From positions 18,330 to 82,329 of the forward strand of contig ADNK01001015.1 in NCBI GenBank assembly GCA_000320545.1: a stretch of 64,000 nt of DNA. Direction: 5' to 3'. Positions 53,019 through 63,627 of the stretch are shown here, piece after piece. The translations under genes and the position numbers were made by a program. The DNA comes from Bigelowiella natans CCMP2755. Lineage: Eukaryota > Protista > Cercozoa. Below the pieces are notes generated by a model, which saw only the letters and a list, made by a program, of their open reading frames with translations, did no database searches and was not told where the DNA came from. Positions within the stretch are counted from its first letter, which is position 1. Every line of letters begins with the position of its first letter.

Positions 53019-54593
53019 TTAAGAGGATGTAAGATATTGAACAACTAAATTTGTCAATGGCTCAATCCTCCGCATTCCAGGGACCACAGCTTCATTGATT
53101 CTTTCAAAGAGAATTTCTTGCACTCGTTGGACAAGCAACGTGGTTCCCTGGGCGGAGGCAATATCAAGAGCAGATCTTCCCTCTTTATCAGTCACCCAGA
53201 AATCAGCTTTGGCATCAAGCAGCATGCAAGCCAATTGTTGGCCGCTGGCTCCTGGTCTCCCTGCAGCTATCATAAGAGGCGTCCAACCATTAGAATCTAT
53301 AGCGTTATAATTAACGTTTCGGCCTAATAGGCACTTGGCTGATTCTAGTGCCCCAAACTTAGCTGCGAAGTGAAGAGGTGACATACGGCTTTTCTGAGTC
53401 TTTTGATTGACATTTAGACCCCCGATATTGATGAGAGTCCTCAGCACATCTGTTTGGTTTTGTTTGACTGCGAGATGAAGGGCACCAAGACCCGCGCTAC
53501 ACTGAGCTTCCATGTCGAATTTATTCCAGAATATTGTCGGTCCATGACGCCTTCTCAGCAAAGACTCTACCATCGGGCAGTCTCCTCTATGAGCAGCCTG
53601 CAGGTACATATTTTCAATTTTGCGGATCGCAGTGCCTTCTGCGTCTCTTGCATTAATGTCAGCTTTGGCCATAACAAGTATTTCGCATATTTCATGTGAA
53701 TGCCGTTTGTTTTCGACAGCACGAAGTAATGGTGTACGCTTGGATGTGTCTCTAGCGTTAACTTCCGCCTTTTTGCTAATGAGAATCTGCACTGCCTCAG
53801 GAGTTCCATACCTCGCAGTAAGGTGAAGTGGCGTGGAATCATAGTCATTTCTTGCATTGATACTAGCTTTAGCTTTTATGAGAGCTCCCATGACCTTGAT
53901 ATCCGTGTTGGCTCCTGCTTTTACTGCGTAGTGAAGAGCTGTGCACCCTGTAAGACTTTTGGCGTCAACACTATATCGCTTCCAAAGTCCGAAAAGAGAC
54001 CTATGTTTCACCAATACCCTTTCAAGAGATCTGAGATCGCCAAGTCTTGCGGCATCACGAAGTTTGTATTCCAGATGTTGAGACCTCCTCAACTTCTTGA
54101 ATTCAAGACAATGATCCCGCATCACGTTTAAATCGTCGTCGTTTTCCTCATCATCTCCGCCCTGAACAAGGTTCTTTTGCAGCACATGGAGGTCGCCGTG
54201 GTATGCCACACACTCCAGTACCTCGTAATTTCCCTGGACTGCAGCACATAGTAGTGGAGTACAGCCTTCCTTGTTTTCAGCATTGACGTTGGCCCTCGCT
54301 TGAAGAAGAATTTTAACATGAGAAAGCTTGCCCTTTTTGATTGCCTCGTGCAAAGGTGTTTCATCGTTTGCATCCAAATCGTTCACATCTATGCCACACC
54401 AATTGAGAAGAAAGGCGACAACATAGGAAGATTTGCTCTCCCGGCAAGCCAAATGTAATGCAGAACCTTGTTGTGTTGTGTAGATCTTACGTCGTGGATC
54501 TGCTCCTTTGCGAACGATGGCTTCGGATACTTTATCAAAATCACCAGAAATAATTGCAGAGTGTAGTGCCTTTTCGCTATCAGAAAGTGACAT
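53019..54593 (-). CDS. Ankyrin-repeat protein, single exon (524 aa)
   Basis: Multiple TPLH/TALH/SPLH..A..G ankyrin consensus repeats in one uninterrupted ORF. Confidence 0.92.
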   Translation of the reverse strand: MSLSDSEKALHSAIISGDFDKVSEAIVRKGADPRRKIYTTQQGSALHLACRESKSSYVVAFLLNWCGIDVNDLDANDETPLHEAIKKGKLSHVKILLQARANVNAENKEGCTPLLCAAVQGNYEVLECVAYHGDLHVLQKNLVQGGDDEENDDDLNVMRDHCLEFKKLRRSQHLEYKLRDAARLGDLRSLERVLVKHRSLFGLWKRYSVDAKSLTGCTALHYAVKAGANTDIKVMGALIKAKASINARNDYDSTPLHLTARYGTPEAVQILISKKAEVNARDTSKRTPLLRAVENKRHSHEICEILVMAKADINARDAEGTAIRKIENMYLQAAHRGDCPMVESLLRRRHGPTIFWNKFDMEAQCSAGLGALHLAVKQNQTDVLRTLINIGGLNVNQKTQKSRMSPLHFAAKFGALESAKCLLGRNVNYNAIDSNGWTPLMIAAGRPGASGQQLACMLLDAKADFWVTDKEGRSALDIASAQGTTLLVQRVQEILFERINEAVVPGMRRIEPLTNLVVQYLTSS

Positions 54594-55410
54594 TTGCCAC
54601 CCGATTTGGCTACAGGTAAATAGCTACTTATAGAGGTAGGGGGGGGGATTATTTTATTTTGAACAAATCTGTTTGTGAGGAGTCTAGCGGATACAAGAAA
54701 ATGCTCCCACTCAATGTACTTTCCAGTGTAGATGCTGAAAAGGTAGTCATATCTCAGCTTGCGACATGAGAAAGAAAGTAATTTATGAAAAATTAGGTTA
54801 TTTTCGGTTGTATGTAAAGTCTGAAAGCAGGACAGCACGTTGTGGACGAACCAATTTATCCGAAGGCGGCATTACATGTGTGCAAATGCTCAAATGCTGC
54901 CTCCATTTTATGCAATCAATCCATTAAAAACCCATGCACTATTTTTTTGCGTCATGGCACAATTAGTGCTACAATCAACAATTCTCCTAAAAAATCCTTT
55001 TCTTGTGGTTATATCTAGAAGATTTCTCAGGCATCCGATTATGTACAGAATTTACTTCGTTGTTCTGGACTCAGAGTTGAAAGTGTCTGGATTCCGGTGA
55101 AAACCCTAGAATTGTTGTGAAGAACAGTCTATCCGTTTTGAAGAGGGGGTGTCCCACGAAAACTAGTTTGCCTAGTACCCCATTGAGATTTCTCGAGATG
55201 TTAATTTAGGCAAAATGTACAAGGTTTGACCACTGAGACGCACACCACGGCCAACTCAGAGGGCTACGTATCCGGGTACGAGAAAATCTTTGGGCAATTT
55301 CTTTGATTGGGCGATTGATAGATGTCGCACGAGAAGAAATACATGTGGTGTTTGTTCCCCATGAGTAAAGTATCTCGTGTCGTACGTTAGTTCTTCAGCA
55401 TCATCAGTGC

Positions 55411-56135
55411 GAAGTTCAATGTTCAATGTTTAGTCCGGTACTACTATCGCCCCAACTGAGTGCGGAGATGGGACGGAACATTTGTTGACAAGGACTTCGC
55501 GTGAACATCTCCGCATCATTATTTCAGTGATCTTCAAAAAAGCAAGGTGTACTTTTGGAACAAGGTGTACTTTTTGCCCCATCGTACTAGCGAAGGCATT
55601 GTTAAGGCTCATCACAGCGGCTGTTTTCCAGTGACGGCCCTTTCGTGTTGGAGATGAACATCCCTTCCCGCCTCAAAGAGCGAAACTAAGTTCAATGAAC
55701 ACTGAGTGCGCAGATGGGACGGAATGTTTGTTGACAAGAACTTCGCGGGAACATCTCAGAATCACTTCTGTGATCTTCAAAAAAGCAAGGTGTGCTTTTT
55801 GCCCCATCGCACTAGCGAAAGCATTCATCTCATGGCGGCTGTTTTCTAGTGACGGCCCTTTCGCGTGTTGGGGATGAACATCACTTCCCACCTCAAAGAG
55901 CTAATTGCTGAACTGTGGAAAAGCTGAGTTCAATGAGCACTGCCAGACTGGTCGCAATGAGACAAGGTGCACTTTCAGTGCAAGCTTCATTCATTCATTC
56001 ATTCATTCAAGGGACGCTTTTTGCCCATCGCACTGACGGAAGCATTGTTGAGGCTGATCCCAGCGGCTGTTTTCCAGTGACGATCCTTTCGTGCGTTGGA
56101 GCTAAACCTCACTTCCTGCCTCAAAGAGCTGGCCG
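55411..56135. repeat. Three diverged tandem copies of a ~215-270-bp unit
   Basis: Each copy starts near agttcaatg (55413, 55689, 55927) and ends cctcaaagagc (55681, 55901, 56129). Shared blocks include caaggtg, gcc(c)catcg and gcggctgtttt. Confidence 0.9.
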
Positions 56136-56630
56136 TTGAACCATGGAAATGCTCCATGAACGATGAACAATCCCATGCAAGGTTTTCTCATGGGTGCTGT
56201 TCATGCACTTGGAAGAATCAGCTTTGAAAGGGACCTAAATCCATTTCCGCAAGGTGGGGCATTTGGCACAGACATGCAGAATGACAGACACGCAATGCCA
56301 TGCATGCACCGCATGCCACGTGTGCATCATCACTGTGTCTGTCACAGAGGGACCCTCAAGTTCATAGAATTCTTAGAGATACAAAACCCGAAGGAACACC
56401 TGATCTCTCAAGCAAAATCTACATAAATTATATTTCAAGAATTTTTGAGTTGGTTAAATAAAAAAGAAATATATTATCAACATGTTTCTGGTAAGGATAT
56501 TAATGAATTTGTTTCAAATTTGTTTAAAATACAAAAACAACTTAAATCTCATGGTGCATGGATTGGAAAATGGACTTTTATTTTAGTAGCAAGTTTGTTT
56601 TTAATATAGTCTATTGCTTATTTAGCAACA

Positions 56631-56744
56631 TATCCACAAGATTTTTTTGGAAATCTTGCAAGAGAAAACATTCAATGGATAGAAAATTTTGATTCAGTTC
56701 ATAACGGTGAATTTGCAGAAACAAAATGGTTTTAAGGTGGGAAG
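56631..56744 (+). pseudogene. acs: Fragment of an acetyl-CoA synthetase N-terminal (ACAS_N) region, bacterial-like
   Basis: Translates YPQDFFGNLARENIQWIENFDSVHNGEFAETKWF*GGK, matching the P..FW...A...I.W...F.......WF.GGK motif. One in-frame TAA at 56733. Confidence 0.7.
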
Positions 56745-57262
56745 CGATTAAAAATGGCACATACTTATCAATGGATATATATGTATCTGACTATATTTTA
56801 CTGACATCTGCGCGAGTTGCTCCTGCGAGTAATTGTTATGGACAATCAGATATACCTTTCATGAAAGTAACTTTTATTCCGTGTTTTTCTATTTTACTTT
56901 TAAGGTTATTGAATTCAGTCAAAGCATTCCGGCTCTCGCTTTTGTCGTATGGCCAAAAAGCTACGCCACGCAAGCGGGCAAATAGAAAAGTCGATCCTTC
57001 GAGAAGCCGATGTCATAGACGTCGTGATACTTCTCCACCACAGGTAGACGGTCAGTCCCGGTGTCTACATATTTTCACTTGAAGAATTATCTGAGAAGTT
57101 AGAAAAATTAAATAAAGAGTTGTATTTTTTCCCTTAGAGACACTTCTATTATGGTTCTATCAATTTTGACAAATAAATCAGCATCTTCATGGAAATGTCT
57201 TTGTGATGCAGATGCAATAGCTATAGAACACACACTGAGGTCACTGGACGGTGTGTTTGCCT

Positions 57263-57362
57263 CATGAACCCGGACTGGCGCTGGCAATTATGGCAGGCGG
57301 TGAAGATGGCCTCGATCCTCGGTTTGGTGAGGGTCTTACTCACAGACGCTGCTCGAAGACAC
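57263..57362 (+). pseudogene. Fragment of a bacterial PrmB/PrmC(HemK)-type glutamine methyltransferase
   Basis: Removing two small insertions (attatggca and cctcggt) gives HEPGLALAGGEDGLDLVRVLLTDAAR, the conserved HEP.LAL.GG.DGL motif and the helix that follows it. Confidence 0.72.
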
Positions 57363-57412
57363 GCAATGGCACATGCCACGTGTGCATCATCACCGTGTCT
57401 GTCACAGAGGGA

Positions 57413-58590
57413 TATTTATGATGGACACGCAATGCCGCAATGCTGCATGTGCACTGTGTGCACGTTGTCACCATGTCCATCATCAGAATGCACCAACCTG
57501 CTCTGCTCTTTGAGTTTGGAAATGCGTGTATGGCGACTCTGCTTTGCACCTGATTGACACACCAAGTGCAAGTGCGTGTTCAAACAGACACAAGCTCAGA
57601 GAGTGTGGGGATTGTTGCTTGGATTTCAGATCAACCATGGACACAGTGTGCATCATGAGCACATTGTGCACATCACATGTTCGTGTGTCCATTGTCATGC
57701 CAGTCTGTGCATGTCACATGTGGGCATTGACCACATTGTGTCAGTCCGCAGGCAAGCTGGCAAGCTCACATGGACTAGTGGATCGATGGTGTGGAGGCGT
57801 CAATGCCATGAAACTGCAAATTGTTCGTGTCCATGGACGATGACAAACGCGTACGAAAAGTGAAACAAGCGCAGTGCGGGTCTAGCTGCTGGTGTGCAGT
57901 CATCTGCACGTGCGCCCACCAGCCCACCAGGTCATCTTCATCCCCAAATCATGTGTGCAAATGCTTGCACACCATGCAAACTGTTTGCAAACACATCGTG
58001 CATGTAAACAAACAACCACGGTGCGTCATGCGTGCCACCCGTGCACGTGCATCATGACCATGAGCTCGTGCATTGTGCGGACACAACTACCAGCATCAAG
58101 CGTGATGTGTGTCCTCTAGCTGCTAGCTGTGCACGCGACGTTGGTGGCAATGCATGTCAAATGATCGATGCTAGCTGTGCACGACAGCGCGGCCGCAAGA
58201 CATGCAGGCCACAGGCTAGCTAGCTAGCGCAGGGGTCAATCAAATGCCAGTCGCTCAACTGAATGCACACACCAGAGCAAACATGGGAAAACAACAAATG
58301 ATTTAACGCAATGTATGCGCACGCACATGCACAGACCATGCAGTCGCCGACACAGGGGTCATGATCACTAGAAGATCTGTGCAATCTCTTGACAAAGAGG
58401 TTCATATCTCATGTGCTGTAGTTCACAGCGTGACATTAGCACGAGTACGAGCACACAGTACGTGCACGACATGGTGTCACAGATTATGTAAAAGGCAGAA
58501 GCAGTGATACATGCAGGAGTACCAAGTGTACAGTTTGCGTAACATCATCATCTTTATTAAATATCACTGTGTGCATTACATGTAGACACT
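57413..58590. repeat. Degenerate TpA-poor repeat island
   Basis: Very rich in CATG/TGCA/CACA/TGTG with CpG retained; GCTAGCTAGC near 58215. Confidence 0.7.
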
Positions 58591-58629
58591 AGCAAGTGAT
58601 GTGTTTCTTTTTGGTGCTCATCCCGATGG

Positions 58630-59992
58630 TCATCTCCGTCGTTTTCTCTTTTTATTCTTGGAATTTGTGGTGCCATTTCTACCCCCACCCCGACGCATTC
58701 TCCCAACCCATGATTCTGGTCGTCCCTTCCCCATCACATAACGTTGGTGAGCAGATTCTGTTGCTTTTCGAACCTCAGAAAATTTTTGATCACTTTTCTT
58801 TCTCTCAGTTTCGTCCATATTTCTGCACCTCCACTTGTGCCCACTTTGGGAATGTTTCCAGATTCCTTTCATAAATCCATCATATGAGAAAATGTCTATT
58901 ACATTTCAAAGACATGTCGAATATACCATAGTAGAAGTTTACAACGTCACCACTTTTCTTTCCCGGAATACTGCAAACAAAAATATGTCATCAAGTAACA
59001 TAAGGAATTAAACAGTATTGGAGTGCGTCCGCTTTCACCTCTGTGCAATCTTGTAGAAATCTTTACCATATTTACAAATTCCTGTTTCGAAGAGTGCCAC
59101 GTCACTGACACTCCAAGAGTCCATCGGCTGCGCTTTTCGCAAGGGAGAGACTAACATCTAACAAATCAAGGACAACTTTATCAGGACACAAATCAGCAAG
59201 CACTGAAGACATGGATTACCTCCAAGGTTGAATAAATCGGTTGATAGTCATCCAAAAAACTATCGTTTCCTTGTAGTCTGTTCGGGCCGTAGTACATTTT
59301 CGCTACGGATCTTAAAATAGAGTCGGCACTCTTTCGCACTGGAAGGCTGTGAGTATACTTTGGGCCATAGAGTTCCTCCGTGTCAGGATCTGTCGGGAAA
59401 TGCACTGGAGATGTTCTGAGGGAAAGAAGGAATATAATGTAATGTTTATCTTTGGTTCCACTTGGATTGTTTATAATAATTACCCCCTAGGCTTTGCCTT
59501 CCGCTTTTTTCGCCTAGTAGGCTTTTGGCCGTCCTGTTTCTGCCTCTTTGAAGTGTTTCTTCTCGATGATGGTTTAGTATCACTCTTGATTGTATCGGCA
59601 TCCTCATCTTCCTTGGAAACTTTATTCGCTACATCCTGTGATATCTCTTCCTCACTTACCGCCCGTGCATCTGAAAGTTCTGTGGACTCCGTCGTCTGCT
59701 CCTCTTTCACTTTCTTCGTTTGGTCTGGGAGTTCGTTGCTTTCCGGCAAGGAAGGATCACGGCCTAGCTTAAAGACATATTCTAAAACTTTGTCTCCATT
59801 TTTTATTGTTGCTTTTGGCTTCTTTGAAGTCATCTCGGATGAATTTTGTTTCCTCTGAGATCCAGGAGTGGAGCCAAGGTGCGGATTTGAGATATTTTTA
59901 CTGCTGCTATCATTATTATCATCATCCACTGTGGTTCCCGGTGTAGTATCCGAGCTTGGATTTGACAGGGGTACATTACCTGAAAAATCCAC
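58630..59992 (-). CDS. SANT/Myb-domain nuclear protein (MIER/RERE-type SANT); 5' end approximate
   Basis: Exons read SPLRKAQPMDSWSVSDVALFETGICKYGKDFYKIAQ / IPGKKSGDVVNFYY / IWKHSQ, with basic NLS-like stretches. Confidence 0.8.
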
Positions 59993-60195
59993 ACATCATC
60001 TCTTTGAAATCTCATCCTATTAACTATGACTTGCAATTGAAGATGATAGCCAAATAGCACGATAGCAAATGTATTCCATACAATATCGATCCAAAGGATC
60101 TCACACACTGTAAACAGGATGACAGACCGTTTGCCAATTTTCGAGGTGCTCTGGACTTCTGGTCGACATTCTCATTATGATTGGCCTCACCAGAC

Positions 60196-63077
60196 ATGAT
60201 GGGAGATCCTGAAAGTTTTTTTACCTACAGATCCCTAAGATCCATGCAAGTAGACGTATTCGAGCGGTGTGGGTTTTGCTTCCCGTATGATCTGTCCCAA
60301 GCTGCTTTGAGGAGCACTTGTATGATCTCTGGTGACTCTCTGGAGGACAATTTAACTCCGGGGACTCTCCAACGCCTCTCAAGACTATATTCGGATGGAA
60401 TCACCTTCCCGCCAAAATATTCGTGTCGAAGCTTTTTGTTTAGACAGAAATTTATGGAAAGAAATCCTAAACTTGGTGGCGGACTCGCAATGCAGCGGCG
60501 GGAAGTAGCAATAGTGCAAAAAAATACAGGACTTATAGAAGCAGCGACATGGTAATATATCCGATAATATTAGGAAAACAGGAGAAAGCTTGGACGATCG
60601 GACCGAATAACCCAAAGAAAGAGCATCTTTATCGTACTCGTTGGTAGTGGGAACACAGGCATGGATTAAGAAGTGCAAGCATTACCATTCCCTTTCTACT
60701 GCCAGTAAACGCTGACTACTACAAGTGGCTATACAATCAATTTGTGTTATTGTTTCCGTCGCTTGCATGTCCGGGCATCAGCGAGGAAGCGAAGCCATTA
60801 AATGCTCAATTTCTTGCGGGGGAGTAGCTTGGATTTACCGTGGAGCCAATAAAGATAACGGTTTACTCCCAATTCTATGTTCGTTTGATGAGAATGGAAT
60901 ATTGTACCTTAAACCTCTAAGCAAAGCCTGTGAGGAAGATAAAAATATGCAGGAAAATTGCATGGGAGCTGAGTATTCATTTTACTTGGAGGCGCCTCCT
61001 CCTCCAAACTCAAAAGGGATAAATTCGAAAAAGCGTACAAAACGGCAGCGACTTGAATCGGTGGAACTTGTCGGAAAGCCAACCTCTGGTAAAATTAACA
61101 CCAGATTTTATGCCGCTGTTCACGTCTCTTAACACTATCGTAATTGTATCGAAGAATAATGATTTCTTTGCAACTATTCAGCATTACTTCTTCGCTACGA
61201 GAATTGTGATAGAATATATGCTGCGGCGATGCCAGGCTCGACGTTAGAAGAGATCCATGCTCTGTCGTCGTCAGCAGAGAAAAAGAAGGATTTACGACCC
61301 AGAAGGTTGCAAATATATCCTTACACATCTAGTCATTCGACGACAATTTCCAGCTTCTGCCTTGTTAAAACAACAGCAAAGATCAACATGCCCAATTCAT
61401 CTTCTCAAAATAGAGGAAAATGGGGAGAGTATTTGCTTGCGGTTGGTGAAAGCGATGGGTCGTTGTCCATGTGGCCGCTACTGCTATCCTCTTTACCACC
61501 GATAACCTCAGCAGATGCAGGGGACAATTCAATTGAAGAATACCGGATAAGAAAAGGGACAAAACCGCTACGGCGACCCCTCATCCGTATTCCAAAAGCT
61601 CATAGCGGTGGGAGCGTCACAGTGCTGCTGGGATTGTACAATGCAGTCGCATCAGGCGGGAAAGATCAAAAAATTCGAATCTGGAGTTTTGAGATAGAAA
61701 CTATGCAGTATGAATGTGCACAAGTTCTTGATATCGAGGCATCAGTGGTTTCAGCCCTTTATGGTGCACGCCTCCTCCTGAATGGAGAGCAGCGTTCCTC
61801 CTCCTCCTCCTCCTCCTCCTCCTCCTCCTCCTATTCAGAAGTTCTGATCGCAGGTTCAGGAGAAGGGATGCTTTTCCTTTGGAATATGAATGAAATGAAA
61901 CTTGAAGGAGTTGTAGCTGGTGCTGAAGAAAGGGTGATGTCGTTGGCCGCATCTCCTGATGGTAGGGCGTTTGCAGCAGGTTACCTAGATGGGAAAGTCA
62001 CGTTACACTCCGCAACAGAATCCCCCAATTTTAGCGAGATAGGTAGACATGAAGTAAAAGGAGCTGCTATCAAATGCGCGTGGATCGTGAATGACCATCA
62101 TGGTGGCGACGAATATGGCAACGATGATGATTATCAAACCACGTTCACTGTGTGGTCTTCTGATGGTATGTGAAGAATAACATTGAAAATTACAAAAATA
62201 AGCACAAAAATGAGGAGTTCTCATTCATTCAACGATGAATATTTAGCACGCATAGTGCATAGATTGTCTATCTCCTCCCTGGACAATAGATCAACTGATG
62301 ATGACAATGATGATGATGAGGATGATGATTGATGATGAAATGCTGTTCTCTATCCTCCTTAAAACGACCAATGTTTAGGTTCTCACTTGTTGTGGAAGAA
62401 GCAGCAGCAGCAGCAAGCGAGTGATGACTCCCACGTCGCACCACGCACAAGATCCCTGTATCCTGAGACAGATCAGGGGAGAGGAGGAAGAGGAGAAGGA
62501 AGGGGAGAGCATCTAAAAGCTGCTGATGCCACCACTACTTCTTCTTCTACTACTATTACTACTTCAATCTCCAACCCCACTACCACTGCCACTACCACCC
62601 CGAGACGCGGCAAGAATGGTGCGCAGCAGCAGCCAGCAGCAGGTGAATTGTTGAACAACAGCAGCAGCAGCGAAGAATATTTAACCCCGATGCCTCGGAA
62701 AGCTCCAACTCCTTCCCCGCCCCCAAAGCTACCACCGTCATCATCATCATCACCATCATCATCACCACCATCATCGCATCCTTCTTCCTCTTCCTCTTCT
62801 TCAATGGAAAACAGCAACCACCGCCACCTTCTTCATAAACAGCGAGATACAGGACCACTTCCTGCCCCAACGGGGAGATGGAACAGGTACGGAAAAGGAG
62901 GGGGACAGCAACACACGAGGACGACGGGGGGGGGGGATGTAAACGTCGAGGAGCCATCGTCGAGACAACCACCTAAGCCTGCATCTCCAGTGAAACTTCG
63001 AAGGAGTAATATTGGCAATAAGAATTATAATCATAATAATAATAGAGCTATTTATAGTGACTTAACAAATGATTAAC

Positions 63078-63140
<63 letters not shown>

Positions 63141-63300
63141 TGCCTGGTATCTTCCTTACTTACCTAGCAGTTATTAGTTGTTGTTCCTTCAACAGCAGCA
63201 TTGTAGTGCCAACATTATTATTATTATTATTATTTGTAGTAGTAGTGGTAGTAGTGCTAAGAATAGGACTGCACACAACGTATTCCTATTTATCGATCGT

Positions 63301-63334
<34 letters not shown>

Positions 63335-63581
63335 GCTTATTTATGCGAAGGAGAGGATTCCTCAGCTCCTCCCCTTCCCGGCTATAGAAGTCTTCTCCTT
63401 CCATCATCATCATCACAGCAACCACTGAAGAAGAAGCAACCCTTCACCAATAGGTTTTGCTAGTAATCAACATGCCCATCATGAATTTCTATGTTTTGTG
63501 GATGATTTGATTGTCTGAGATTATTTCCTTTTTTTCCTTCTTCCTCTAATCATTCTCCTTCTGCTATGCTCGGTTATATTA

Positions 63582-63627
<46 letters not shown>

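Larger units (their letters stand above)
56286..57412 (+). repeat. Imperfect direct repeats (56286-56352 and 57357-57412) flanking a foreign-looking insert
   Basis: Both sides read agacacgcaatg...catgccacgtgtgcatcatcacYgtgtctgtcacagaggga. Confidence 0.85.

Noticed and set aside
56733-56735. TAA in the acs fragment as evidence of a variant genetic code
   Set aside because: Host genes end in TAA/TAG normally. A single substitution from GAA (WFEGG) in a dead fragment is simpler.
55411-57412. CRISPR array
   Set aside because: Eukaryotic context, units of 200 bp or more or only two ~60-bp repeats, no regular repeat-spacer periodicity and no cas genes.
1190-63463. Many short ORFs with poly-M/I/L/V, CV, YI or RE tracts
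   Set aside because: Translations of intronic microsatellites.
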